Under the pieces are notes generated by a model, which made no database searches, was not told where the DNA came from, and saw nothing but the letters and a program-made list of their open reading frames with translations. A program made the position numbers and the translations under genes. A stretch of 64,000 bases of DNA from Octopus vulgaris. Taxonomy: Eukaryota. Shown in pieces: positions 13,300 to 26,597 of the stretch; positions within the stretch are counted from its first letter, which is position 1, and the number at the start of each line of letters is the position of its first letter. The DNA lies in NCBI GenBank assembly GCA_951406725.2, contig OX597817.1, positions 12,710,001 to 12,774,000 on the forward strand, written 5' to 3'.

Positions 13300-13660
13300 T
13301 GTATGTGATACACCACAAACTTTTAAACACATGTCCCCATTATTTATAGAACGACTGGCTAGTGTGCGTTCATTGCTACTCTGCGTGAGCCTATCCCTGG
13401 AGATGCAATTTTTCAGGGAAGATGATCGAGAATCCGCTAGCCGTGTATATTTTGTCTCTCTGCGGATCGCCTGTCGAATCGTTGCACTGTGTCCATCATC
13501 GAGGTGCAGCATCTTCAGAAAGCAAATGCTTCCATTTGAGGCGTTAACCTTCTTTCGAAGTTTATCACCAGTTCGATATCCGGTAAAAGATTCTGGAAAA
13601 CCACATATACCTTTATCATCATATTTTGGAAACAATTGACGTTGATGGTTCCATCCTCTA
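13300..13660 (-). pseudogene. Highly degraded hAT-like transposase fragment
   Basis: FLKMLHLDDGHSATI resembles the hAT FL...L.DG.A.TI segment, and the downstream CGVSH resembles the CxxH motif. Weak. Confidence 0.3.
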
Positions 13661-13780
13661 TTTTACTTCATGCCTTCATCCCCCTTTCTCTCTTTCACAC
13701 ACACACACACATGCACACACACACACACGCACGGATACACACAAACATACGCACTCATAAAATACACACAAAAATATAGC

Positions 13781-14098
13781 GAAGGCACGTGGCCCAGTGG
13801 TTAAAGCCTCGGACTTACAATCGTGAGGTTGTGAGTTCGATTCCCTGACCGGACTGCGTGAAGTGTTCTTGAGCAAGACACTATATTTCACGTTGCTCCA
13901 GTTCACTCAGCTTTATAAATGAGTTGCGACGTCACTGATTCCAAGCTCTCTCGGCCTTTGCTTTGCCTTGCTTGGACAACATCTATGACATGGAGAGAGA
14001 GAGGAGACTGGTATGCAAACAATCTTGCCGGGACTTGTGCCTCGCACGGGAACTTTCACGGTGCAATCCCGCAGTCATTTGCGATCGAAGGGGACCTT
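13781..14098 (+). mobile_element. tRNA-derived SINE (family E)
   Basis: Head ggcacgtggcccagtggtta...gagttcgattccc, then tgttcttgagcaagacact...ttgctccagttcactcagct. Related copies at 39235-39560+ and 53590-53932-. Confidence 0.75.
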
Positions 14099-14388
14099 AT
14101 ATATATACATATATATATATATTATATTCCTGTCACAACCTGGGACCTTGAAGGCTGCTTTAATGCAAGAAAGTATACTAGTTCCTTAATATTTGATATT
14201 CAATATTTCATCTATTCAATAAGACAATCAATACTGCATTTCATTTTACTATACATACTATTTATACTATATATTCTACATTCTACATTAATATTATAAA
14301 GAATATAAATAAAACATAAAAAACAGACAGAGTTGGAATTCCTTTGAATACTATATATCCCTCTGTACACAATCATACAAACCCCTTT

Positions 14389-14419
<31 letters not shown>

Positions 14420-14424
<5 letters not shown>

Positions 14425-14581
14425 ACAAAATAAGAGCAAAAGAAAAATTCTAATGCCAAATATGCCGAAAAAAAGACAAAATTGTCAATAACCATCATAA
14501 TTATGATGGTTATTGACAATTTTGTCTTTTTTCGGCATATTTGGCATTAGAATTTTTCTTTTGCCCTTATTTTGTAAATTA
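14420..14581. repeat. Near-perfect spacerless palindrome with ~81-bp arms
   Basis: Centre between 14500 and 14501 (ccatcataa|ttatgatgg). The arms differ by only 1-2 nt. Confidence 0.92.
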
Positions 14582-14669
14582 TTTATAAATTTGACCTTTA
14601 AAGGTATCTTTTGATATGCTGGCCATTGATAAAAAATTTTTCCCGAAAAAAATTTTATCCTACATTAGT

Positions 14670-14718
<49 letters not shown>

Positions 14719-15192
14719 ACAAGTATATGATTTAATTTATTAAACACAGTTCAGCAATTTCTTGTTTATTATAGACATGACTCCAAGGACAAGAACTCAT
14801 TACTAAACGACTAATAACACCATAACCTCTGTAATCTTAACGCCCTTTTAGTTTTTATCTAAGCTACCGATGAGTGCTTTCTGACAAGTCAAATTTTCTA
14901 ATCTTATCTCCGTTTTCGTGTACGGAACAAGTTGTATTACAACATGAGTAGTAGAAACTATAATCCATTTTAACATCTAAATCTCCTCCATTTACTTAAG
15001 TATGAATGAATTTGTTGAATTGTGTTTAATAAGTTAAATCATATACTTAATATTTCTATATAAGTCTTCATATCTACACTAATTTACACTAGTAAATTCA
15101 AAAGTAAAGTATGAAGAAATATGGTTAGAAATCTTTGGAAATTACTCCAATAAAAGGACGAACTTGCATTCAACCTTAAATATATATAAACT

Positions 15193-15325
15193 TGAGTGGC
15201 TGTGTGGTAAGTAGCTTGCTTACCGGCCATATGGTTCCGGGTTCAGTCACACTGCTTGGCACCTTAGTGTCTATAGACCAAAGCCTTGTGAGAGGATGTG
15301 GTAGACGGAAACTGAAAGAAGGTTG

Positions 15326-15358
<33 letters not shown>

Positions 15359-15563
15359 TGTGTTTGTCCCCCCTCCGCCACCATCGCTTGACAGCCAATG
15401 TCGGTATGTTTACATCACCGTATCTTAGCGATTCGGTAAAAGAGAGCGATAGAATAAGTACTAGGCTTACAACGAATAAGTCCTGGGGTCGATCTGTTCG
15501 ACTAAAGGCGGTGTTCCAGCATGGCCGCAGTCAAATGACTGAAACAAGTAAAGAGAATAAAAG
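15193..15563 (+). mobile_element. SINE family A, diverged copy
   Basis: Homologous to 1115-1500. Confidence 0.85.
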
Positions 15564-15794
15564 ATTATATATATATATATATACATACATATATATATAT
15601 ATATATATACATACATATATATATATATATATACATACATATATAATATATATATATATATATATACATATATATACATACATATATATATACATATATA
15701 ATATATATATATATATATACATATGTATATATACATATATATATGATTGATTGATTCTAGTTTCAGCTCATGAGCTGTGGCCATGCTGGGGCAC

Positions 15795-15842
<48 letters not shown>

Positions 15843-16182
15843 AGAGAGAGAGACATAGGAGCAAGCGTTCAGTTAAGAAATTTGCATTTAAGACTTTGAT
15901 TATGTCCAACAAAAAATATACGGCAATAACTGTGAAATACGCCATACAGTAAAATAATTAATTCTGTATATAAACACTTATTTAATCGGGTGTAAAGAAA
16001 ATTAAAATTGAAACAGCTCAGGCTGCCGAGCGGTCTTTGGATGAAGTCTTGGATATCCATGAGTGCAGCAACGGTACGGTTCCAAAATGTAGGAGCAGTA
16101 TTCCATAGTGACTTTCATTTCAACATTGCAAAGGAATAGTAACTGTTCGCTACTTAAGAATTTTCTGGCCTTAAATAAGAAT

Positions 16183-16595
16183 ACTCTTTACTCTTTTACT
16201 CTTTTACTTGTTTCAGTCATTTGATTGCGGCCATGCAGGAGCACCGCCTTTAGTCGAGCAAATCGACCCCGGGACTTATTCTTTGTAAGCCCAGTACTTA
16301 TTCTATCGGTCTCTTTTGCCGAACCGCTAAGTTACGGGGACGTAAACACACTAGCATCGGTTGTCAAGCAATGCTAGAGGACAAACACAGACACACAAAC
16401 ACACACACAGGCATATATATATATACATATATACGACAGGCTTCGTTCAGTTTCCGTCTACCAAATCCACTCACAAGGCTTTGGTCGGCCCGAGGCTATA
16501 GTAGAAGACACTTGCCCATGGTGCCACGCAGTGGGACTGAACCTGGAACCATGTGGTTGGTAAACAAGCTACTTACCACACAGCCACTCCTGCGC
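16183..16595 (-). mobile_element. SINE family A, full length
   Basis: Reverse complement of the 1115-1500 family. Confidence 0.9.
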
Positions 16596-17301
16596 TAATT
16601 TTTTTTTAAAGTTTTTTTTCTTTCTTTTTCTTGCTTATGAGATCACCGTAGTTCAGAATCGTAAGCCATTAAAGATTTCATTTTAATCTTTCGGTGGACT
16701 TTTCATTTCAGTCGAGTCTTTTTCCGTTAAGAAAATTGGATACCAAATTTTGAAAGTCGTAGTTTTTCCTGTCAGAAAACATGGTCACGACAAAATATGA
16801 ACAATGTAATTTTTCTTTCTTTTCTTCTTTCGCTTTTTTTCTTTCTTTTTTTTTTTCTTCTAATCTGCCCAATTTCTAGTTATACTTTCAAAATCCATTT
16901 TTCTGGCAATATTTAATTCAGTACTTACTGAATATATATAATAGTTGTCTAGAGATTTCCAGCAAGCAAAAGATTCTGGCTCGTATATCTTGAGAATAGA
17001 CCTTCAAAAATGACTTTCATGTAAGGTCTGATATGAAATGTTTTTCATATGATAAGGTCAGATCGGATACTATTCTCCAAGTACGTGTGTCTTGCGCTAA
17101 ATTAACAAATCGATTTGGGGGTATGGTAGGCTTTAAAATGTTTTCCATGTGTTTGAGTTTGCTAAAAGATATTTTGGTTGATGCTACTATAGCTGTATGT
17201 ATCAACAATATTCTCAAGACAACTCAGACATTCAGAAGTATCTCGCAAAGTCTGTAGTGGGTTAATAAATTTAGAAATTCTAAAGGTATCTTGGTTTACT
17301 A

Positions 17302-17442
17302 TAAGGTTGTCCCAAAAGTTCGTAGAAAGTCTTGGAAAATAATGGTCTTTATTTTGAGGAATAATTTTTGTTGTTTTTGTTAGTACTTGGCGAGTAAAAA
17401 TTCAATTTTCGCAAGTGTTTACGAACTTTTGGGACAACCTAA
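17302..17442. mobile_element. Mariner-type MITE
   Basis: TIRs taaggttgtcccaaaagttcgta / tacgaacttttgggacaacctaa, flanked by TA on both sides. Confidence 0.8.
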
Positions 17443-17569
17443 TAAAATTTGCTTTATGTACCAACGATAAATGTTATATTCCAGTTGCATTTCCGATATT
17501 GATGCACTGTTAACCTTTTAGCTATTCTTTCTTGTAACATGCCTTCAGATGTAACGGAATGGATGGATG

Positions 17570-17950
17570 GAAGCACTCCGTCGGTTACGACGACGAGGGT
17601 TCCGGTTGATCCGATCAACGGAACAGCCTGCTCGTGAAATTAACGTGTAAGTGGCTGAGCACTCCACAGACACGTGTACCCACAACGTAGTTCTCGGGGA
17701 TATTCAGCGTGACACAGAGAGTGACAAGGCCGGCCCTTTGAAATACAAGGTACAACAGAAACAGGAAGTAAGAGTGAGAGAAAGTTGTGGTGAAAGAGTA
17801 CAGCAGGGATCACCACCATCCCCTGCCGGAGCCTCGTGGAGCTTTAGGTGTTTTCGCTCAATAAACACTCACAACGTCCGGTCTGGGAATCGAAACCGCG
17901 ATCCTACGACCGCGAGTCCGCTGCCCTAACCACTGGGCCATTGCGCCTCC
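17570..17950 (-). mobile_element. SINE family C, full length
   Basis: Nearly identical to 11553-11943. Confidence 0.9.
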
Positions 17951-19972
17951 GCTGATGAGTATATAAAATGCAAAAAGCATTACACAAACTCTTTAAGAAA
18001 CAGCTATACTTTGTTTTGAAACCGCGATCCTACGACCGCGAGTCCGCTGCCCTAACCACTGGGCCATCGCGCCTCCACTGTAATGGAATATTCCCCCAAG
18101 AAATCAAAATGTTCTGCCAACAGCACTAAATTGTACAGTTTATACACCATCACTCAAACATAAAACGGATTTTCTGCAGAATCAGCTGTCAGTTTGGAAT
18201 ATCAGCTATGTAAATCATTTCCGCCACGTTTGTATCCTCAAGCACTTTTTCATGTTTCTACATTTATAAGAGAGTTTGATTTCCGTCTCGGAAACTGACA
18301 CCACTTCTTTGGCTTTGTTTCATATGTTTTCCTGTTGTCACGTAAGAGTTTCTGTATTGGACACCACTCATCTCTGGCTTAAATTTTACTTTGTTGCACA
18401 GATCTATTAGAGTCAGCTGTTCATACCAAACAGCTGAAAATATCACACAAACGACACTGTTTATATTAACACACCGTTTACTTTTTTTATTTTGACAGTT
18501 AAACTCTAAAACATCTAAGAATGCTAATGGAATACCGATAAAGTGAAATTCAAAAGGTTTGATGTTTTCAAGTCTATCAACCTAAGAGAACAACCTAAAC
18601 GAATTTTAAGTGATTCTAGTTGTTAAATAATTCCCATTGTAAAAAAAGCTATAAATCTTTATATATAAAAGTGAGGTTGTGTGCTGTCTGTCTCCTACGA
18701 TTTAGATTCCTAACTACTCCCCCCCAATTTGAGAATATTGCTGTCATATGGTGCCATTTCAACTCTCCTCTATTTTCATTTATGCGACATTGAACATTTT
18801 CGCTTTGCTGACACTGTAGTCATATGCTCGCACCCTACAATCACTGGGAAATGGTGTGTTCTTCCAAACAGTCCATGATTAACTAAGGAACCCCTCGTCC
18901 TGTGTTGATGGATGGAATCTGCGAACTTTAGAATTCTTTCGTGTATCTCATATCTGCCGCTTTTTAAAATTAACTTACCTTAACAGAACCGCTGTTTGCT
19001 CACCGTGGCAGGGATCTGGAATTACCTACACAATAACTGTAAAATAGTAAAATATGTTATCTTATGAGCTGATTTATTTTATAAATGGAGAAATTGGTAT
19101 TTGAACTCCAAGTCATCGCGCCTTTCCTTGGTTTGTCTTCTCCCGATAGCACACGTACTTGGAGAATAGGATCCGATCCGACCTTATCATATGAAAAAAA
19201 TTTCATATCCGACCTTACATGAAAGTCATTTTTGAAGGTCTATTCTCAAGATGTACGAGCCAGAATCTTTTGCTTGCTGGAAATCTCTAAACAACTATTG
19301 TGGCATAATGATTCTTAAATTCTTTTAGCAATCAAATAGTTTACTGTGGTTGGAAATAGAAGCTTGAAAAGCTGCATTTACGGGCCTAAAATTCAAGATA
19401 TATGGATGAGCAAAACGAAGATAAAATTTATTGGTTTCATCTTAAAGTAGATCGATCAATGTACATGCCGTATAATTCTTTTCCTTTTCAAAAATTGACA
19501 TAAAATACGACTTGAGATCCTACCATTACTACAAGATTGTCTGAATATATATTTCTCTCTGAGCAACCAAGTCATACTTGGGCTAACAAATTTATAGAAG
19601 CATATATTTCTATCAATTTTTACGGAATGACTTTTCTTGTAATGATCTCAACGAAGCGTGCGAACGCCAAAATCAATTTGCATTTTCTGATATCAGGAAA
19701 GGTGAATTAAAAAAACAAACAGTGCTTTCTGGCTACATAAAACCAAACTATGATACATTTTCGTATACATAAGTCGTATACATTTTACACAATCATTTTA
19801 TTTATTTATTTATTTATTTGCGAAAACACCAAGTCCAGTGCAATTATTATATCAATATTTGTTGTTAAAATGTTTCAGTCACACTACAAAGACTTTCATT
19901 AGTTGTTGATATAACAGGAATTATCCCTAAAACTAATGCTTGAATTCTTTAATGCTCATAGGAAAATATTGC

Positions 19973-20290
19973 GGTACTACTAGCGAACAGTGGTCCCGGT
20001 GCGCGCACACGCTCAGTCGCGCATCCGCGCTAGCTAGTCGTAAGTAGTCGATCCTACAACGACTACCTAGCAAAGTAAATAAAACACAAAATAAATAATT
20101 TTTTTACACAAAGTAAATAATTTTTGTTAAACAAAGAAAATAAAAAACGAAAACACGAAGTAAATAATTTTTTTAACAAAGTAAATAACACACAAAAACA
20201 CAAAGTAAGGATCGACTAGTCATGACTAGCTGGCGCGGATGCGCGACTGCGTGTGTGCGCGCACCGGGACCACTGTTCGCTAGTAGTACT
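19973..20290. mobile_element. MITE with ~80-bp TIRs, Merlin-like
   Basis: TIR ggtactactagcgaacagtggtcccggtgcgcgcacac..., 8-bp TSD aatattgc/aatatcgc (7/8 match). A GGTAC terminus with an 8-bp TSD fits Merlin. Confidence 0.78.
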
Positions 20291-20903
20291 AATATCGCTT
20301 ATACCAAAACATAAGTTGTGTGTAGCATATTTAAACTTTAATAAAGAAAGCTGCTTACTATTTGTTTGGAGTATGCAAACTACAAGAAAGCAATTACTGA
20401 AATCCACACTGTGTAGAAATGCTTCAAATACTAATTTTAATATATTTTTTTTATCAGATGTGGTTTTCAGTATATTTTACTATTGAAAATTTCAACTGTA
20501 TAAAACTAATTCTAATTCACTGCCTTGTCTTTTCTCTTTCATACACTTTATGAAGTTACTTTCTACATACATTGCAGTAAAAGCCTTTCTCAAAATTATA
20601 AGTGTAGTCCAGCGTGGAATCAACAAATTATGTTAATTCCAGTATTCTTCCATATTTATAGGGTGTTTTTTGAAGAAAAAAAGTGGCTTTAAATCATGTC
20701 AATTGCATCAAATATGAACTTGCCTCATTTTCTTCCAATTAAAGCATTTAATGGTTGTGCACAATGTTTTTTAAAAAATGGCCATTAAGGGAAACGGTTA
20801 CAATATATAAGAACTATGGAATCAGTTTTATATTTCCGATAGTCAATTCCTTTTCTGAGATCCCCACTATTCATGTTATCGTAGTTTATATTATGAATGG
20901 GAA

Positions 20904-21136
20904 AAGGCGGCGAGCTGGCAGAAGCGTTAGCACACCGGGCGAAATGCTTAGCGGTATTTCGTCTGCCGTTACGTTCTGAGTTCAAATTCCACCGAGGTCG
21001 ACTTTGCCTTTCATCCTTTCGGGGTCGATAAATTAAGTACCAGTTACGCACTAGGGTCGATGTAATCGACTTAATCCGTTTGTCTGTCCTTGTTTGTCCC
21101 CTCTGTGTTTAGCCCCTTGTGGGTAGTAAAGAAATA
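20904..21136 (+). mobile_element. SINE family B, full length
   Basis: 17-bp TSD tatattatgaatgggaa on both sides. Confidence 0.92.
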
Positions 21137-22774
21137 TATATTATGAATGGGAATTAAAAAATATAGTTTCCCATCTCTGTATATCTGTAATTATGAGTTT
21201 ATGTATTAAGGCTAAAGGCATAAATATTCAAACCTACTGTAAGTTTTTCAATATGATTATTTTCAGCACATATAAAATGAGCAATCCAGTTCATTGTCAT
21301 GCAAAGGTACTATACTTTCTGGTGTGTATGTGTGAGAGCGTGCGTGCGTGTGTGCACGCACACACATACACACGCCCCCCCACACACACACACACACATA
21401 CACACGCCCCCACACACACACACACACAAATGGTACCCACACGTAACAAGTGGAAAGTCCAGGGGCCGTTGTAAAACGAATTAATTAACGACGCTGAGGC
21501 ACCCACCGTTCTATGGTTGACTCGTATCTCTGCGAGTTTATGTGACGCAGGAGATACGAAAATTGTAATTTGTTTGACAAAGTCTCAGAATACATCGCAA
21601 ATTTTCGTTTTTGAATTTTCGCTACAAAATATGTATTGCTTACATGAACTGAACTACAATTTACTTTCTGTTTTATTTTTCTAATTTCACGTTCAGCTCT
21701 TTTGTAATTTAACGTAATGTGTTGTCTAATGTTGTCATAGACAGGTATCACGAAGAAAATGCTAGCTTCCAAATCTTGTTTTCTCATTGGGTAAAAATAA
21801 TCAAACTTTAAACCTCTTTAATATTCTTCTAAAACGTTTTCTGATTCAGCGTGAAAAATTACATCAACATACCAAATTCGAAAATTTTCATGCAATTTTA
21901 AAAAATTTTTTAAGTGTGAACCAAATAGAAAAGATCCCAAACGGAAATTAGTCATAAGCTATCAAAAAAATTACATAAATTGGGAATGAAATGTATAAAT
22001 ATTATTTAACGATAAGCAAAAATCAGCCCGGTGGCATAACATTCTACATCATACTCAATTTTATTGCTTGATATAATTCAACATGCTGAAATACATCTCT
22101 TTACTGTTAAGTTATTATTACGTACATTCGCTAACCTTCTGGTTGGATTGTGCAGTGGCTGTTACACTATATTTAATTTCAAGTTTTTTTTTTTTTTTAT
22201 GAGGCGGGGAGTTCTTATTTTTTTTTTCTATATTTTACGTACAAGCTTTCTTAGTTGTGCTTGACATTGCACAACTGTCAATGTCCTTTCTCTTATCAGA
22301 TAATTTCATAATCAGTCAGAGTGGGTTTAAGCACGATTGTACACACTTAAAACACTTAAATTCCTCTTTCTTCCGCATAAACCACTTACACGACTGAGTT
22401 TTTCAGTCTTCCTTATACAGTCTGCCAGCATAGTTAATCTTCCACTTTTCTGTTCGCATGCCTATTTCTGTATGCTATGAGTGCTGCCAATCGTGTGTGT
22501 GTGCGTGTGCCTGTGAACGTGTGCCTCTGTGTGTATGTGTGTATGGGTGGCACCAAAAAGGAATAATTACATTGATATCCACCGGATATGATCCTTAAAG
22601 TGACCAAAATACTAAAAGTACACGATAATATCTATGTTGGCAGAATTTCCTTGAGTTGACGTTGAAATAACAAGATCAACTTTTAAACAAACATTTCAGA
22701 TTAAAATATTCTAAGAACGCCCTTGTTACAGTATGGTGTTGTGAAAGTTATTTTTGATTTAAGATATTGTATCT

Positions 22775-24005
22775 ACCGGGAGGTTGTATATTTTGTCAAG
22801 TTACAGCAAGGAGCCCAGAGAGATAGCACTTTACGCAATATACGTGCAGTTCCAAGTAATGCCGACTCTTGCAATACACCAAGATTGTAGGGTATTTCTA
22901 AAGTTTTCAGATGTTTTTTTTTTCTGATTGGGTGGTATTGTACCCAATGCTCCGACAATAATAGGAATAACCTTTATGTTTGGCTCTCGTAGCTGCCACA
23001 TCTTAGCGATCTCAACCCTCAGGTCTCCATATTTATCAACCTTTTCTCTTTCTTTCATAATGATATGTTAATCTCCTGGTATTGCCACATCAATTATTAG
23101 GCACTCTTGTTTGTCCCTCCTAAAGGTCACTGTATCCGGCCTTCAGTGCTCTAATACCTCGTCTGTCTGGAAGTCAAAGTCCCAGAGGATTTTTGTCTTC
23201 CCCTTTTCGTCCATTACCTTTTCCGGTGTATATTGGTACCAAGCACCCGTGACCTCATAACTATATTTATGGCATATTAGCCAGTGGAGGTTTTGGGCTA
23301 CTATGTCGTGTCTACGCCTGTACTCTTGCTGCATAAGACTTTCATAAGCACTAGCAATGTGAGTCACACTTTCGACCCTCTTCCCACACATTCTGCAAAG
23401 GTCCGTTGCACTTGTGCAGTATATATTCTTTTTCACTGAGTTGGTACTCAATGCTTGGTCCTGGGCAGCGATGATTAGGCTTTTAGTATTCTTTCTTAGG
23501 TCACCCTTGTTAAGCTACTTCCATGATGCTTCCTGGTTTTTTAATTTGTTTGTGTCACGGTGGAACTGACCATGTAATTCCATCCGGAGCAGGGTTTCTT
23601 CTCTCTCGTTGGCTGTTCTTGATCTGAATTCATGAGCACTCTCAAGTATCCTTTTGTTAAATCCTTCTGCATTAGCAGCATACTTGTAGCAGGTCTTGTT
23701 TACTGTTTTCCAAATATTCTGCTATGTTGATGCACTCCCGTACGCTAATCAGCCCACGTCCACCTTTATCCCTCTTCATGTAGAGCCTTTGTACATTCAT
23801 CTTAGGGTGGATGGCACCATACATTGTCATTGTCTTTCGGGTAGCGCGATCGAGTTGGTAAATCTCCGCTTGTGTCCATTTCAGGATGGGTGGGCTATAG
23901 TGGACTACAGCAACCGCCCATATGTTGATGGCAGTCACAAGATTCCTTGAGTTAAGTTTTGATTTCAAGAGAAGTTTAAGGCGTTTGAAATATGCACGTT
24001 GACAT
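22775..24005 (-). mobile_element. R4/Dong-clade RLE LINE remnant (thumb, CCHC, restriction-like endonuclease)
   Basis: KSKLNSRNLVTAINIWAV..., RLYMKRDKGGRGL, CRMCGKRVESVTHI..., RRHD, KILWDF..QTD, KEREKVDKYGDLRVEIAKMW..KVIPIIVGALG. Interrupted by stops and frameshifts. Confidence 0.88.
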
Positions 24006-24063
24006 ATGTTGCTGTTTCTTTCGTATTCATAATTATTATTGATGTGTAAGCGAGAAACCGAGA

Positions 24064-24124
<61 letters not shown>

Positions 24125-25900
24125 CCTTGAGTGAAATACAACAGAAAACAAAGTTGGGGTATGATCTGGGAAGAGTTAAGTGGAAACTAAACCATTTGCT
24201 ATTCATGAACGACCTGAAGCTATTCACAAAAGCTGAGGTAGAACTGGACTGCCTAGCCCAGTCTGTGCGGATTTTCTCCAATGATATTAAGATGGAGTTT
24301 GGACTCTCAAAATATGTTACCATGGTGATGAGACGAGGAAAGCTTGCCAGGACAGAAGGCATATGGTTGCCAAGTGGTGAAATGATGAAGGCAATTCAAC
24401 CTCAATCCAGCTAAAAATACCTGGGAATACTTGAGGCAGATGGAATCAAACACCACGACAAGAAAGAAAAGACAAAAAGAGAGTACCTGTAGCAAATGAG
24501 AAAAATATTGGCTTCAAAGCTGAATGCTAGAAACATAATTTCGGCAATAAACTCGCGCGCAGTCACAGTAGTTCGGCATGGCGCTGGAATCCTTAAGAGG
24601 ACAGACAATGAGCTAAAGGAGACGGACAGGAAAGTGGAAGAAAGCCTATCGAACTCGATGCTTAATGGAGCCCATCATCCAGTTAAAGCAAGGAAACCTT
24701 GCTAACGACAGTTAGGAATGAGGGAGTATTGAGAACAGAGAAAAAAGGGAAAACAGAGGAAATAAGTACAAAAAGGACATGAAGAAGAATTACGCAACAA
24801 GGGGCTACACAATCAATTCCATGTAGTCACAACGGAAGTTGATGGAAAAATTAGGTGACTGATGAAAAGAACCCTAAAAAAAGAGACCGAGATTACTCTC
24901 CTGGCAGCGCAGGACCAAGCTCTGACCACGAACCGGAGGATCAACCTGAGGAATGACCAAGTGTCTCTGCTGTGCCGTATCTGCAACAAGGGGCTACACA
25001 ATCAATTCCATGTAGTCACAACGGAAGTTGATGGAAAAATTAGGTGACTGATGAAAAGAACCCTAAAAAAAGAGACCGAGATTACTCTCCTGGCAGCGCA
25101 GGACCAAGCTCTGACCACGAACCGGAGGATCAACCTGAGGAATGACCAAGTGTCTCTGCTGAATCCAAACAGATCAGGTTCTAAAGCATAACAGACTGGA
25201 CCTAGTGGTGGTGGACAAGGTGCACCACATATGCTATATAGCTTGTGTTGCATGCCCCTTGACCGACAAATAGTCAAGAAAGAAGGCAAAAGGTTGATAG
25301 ATAGATAAATAGATAGATAGATGGGTAGATAGATAGACAGATGGATAGATAAATGGATAGATAGATAGATGGATAGATAGATAGACAGATGGATAGATAA
25401 ATGGATAAATAGATAGGTAGATAGATGGATAGATAAATAGATAGATAGATAGATGGATAGATAAATAGATAGATGGATAGATAAATAGATAGATGGATAG
25501 AACCCTCTTGAATACGAAATGACCCGGCTATGGAAAATGAAAAAGGTGAAGGTAGTGCCAATTATTGTTGGGCCCTTGGGAACAGTATCAGAAGACATCA
25601 AAAGGAATATAAAGGAATAAAGGAATAGAGTGCCCAGTAGAACTGTTACAAAAAGTTCGCCTCCTTGACACGGCCAGAATAATCAGGAAAGTATTAGATA
25701 TAAAAGGAATAGAGTGCCCAAAGGAATAGAGTGCCCAGTAGAACTGTTACAAAAAGTTCGCCTCCTTGACACGGCCAGAATAATCAGGAAAGTATTAGAT
25801 AGCTGAAAAGAACGGATAGCATGGTACTGTAGGCTGCAGGTAGTAAGATCGCTACGGATGCAAGACTCCAGGAGATCCAACAAAACCTATGATAAAGAGA
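24125..25900 (+). mobile_element. Second R4/Dong-clade LINE remnant between (TTA)n and (TAA)n tracts
   Basis: RT motif NHLLFMNDLKLF, LASKLNARNIISAIN, LKKETE..LLAAQDQAL, KVKVVPIIVGPLGTV. Has internal deletions, tandem duplications and a (GATA)n tract at 25297-25500. Confidence 0.85.
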
Positions 25901-25939
25901 AAATATAAATAATAATAATAATGGTAACAATGACTTCAA

Positions 25940-26550
25940 ATCTTTGCCGCTAGGGCAGCTTGGGGAAGGGATTAAGTCGATTACATTATCCCCAGTGCGC
26001 AACTGGTACTTATTTATCGATCCCGAAAGAATGAAAGGCAAAATCGACCTCAGTGGAATTTGAACTCAGAACGTAGCGATGGACGAAATACCTATTTCTT
26101 TACTAGCCACAAGGGACTAAACACAGAGAGAACAAACAAGAACAGACAAACGGATTAAGTCGATTACATCGATCCCAGTGCGTAACTGGTACTTATTTAA
26201 TCGACCCCGAAAGGATGAAAGGCAAAGTCGACCTCGGCGGAATTTGAACTCAGAACGTAACAGCAGACGGAATACGGCTACGCATTTCGACGAACGTGCT
26301 GACTACTCTGCGCTATCTCGCCACCTTAAATAATAATAGTAATAATAATCCTTTCTACTAAATGCACAAGGCCTGAAATGTAGGAGGAGTGGATGAGTCG
26401 ACCTCAGTGTTTCACTGGTACTTAATTTATCGATCCCGAAAGGATGAAAGGGAAAGTCGACTCGGTGGAATCCGAACTCAGAACGTAGCGACGAGCGAAA
26501 TACCGCTAAACATTTGGTCCAACGTATTGAGTCTGCCATCTCACCGCCTT
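25940..26550 (-). mobile_element. Cluster of SINE family B copies (dimer plus a single copy)
   Basis: Three repeats of the cgaaaggatgaaaggcaaagtcgacctc core. Confidence 0.8.
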
Positions 26551-26597
26551 AACTAATAATAATAATAATAATAAAATAATAATAATAATAATAATAA

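Larger units (their letters stand above)
16940..19299 (-). mobile_element. DNA element with ~150-bp inverted ends enclosing degraded hAT (ZMYM1-like) transposase pieces and nested insertions
   Basis: 16940-17089 is the reverse complement of 19151-19299. Minus-strand peptides: LRILLIHTAIVASTKISFSKLK (hAT dimerisation domain-like, ~17100-17220), IFSAVWYEQLTLIDLCNKV (~18390-18446) and SDCRVRAYD (~18820-18845, like DCRGQxYD). Confidence 0.65.
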
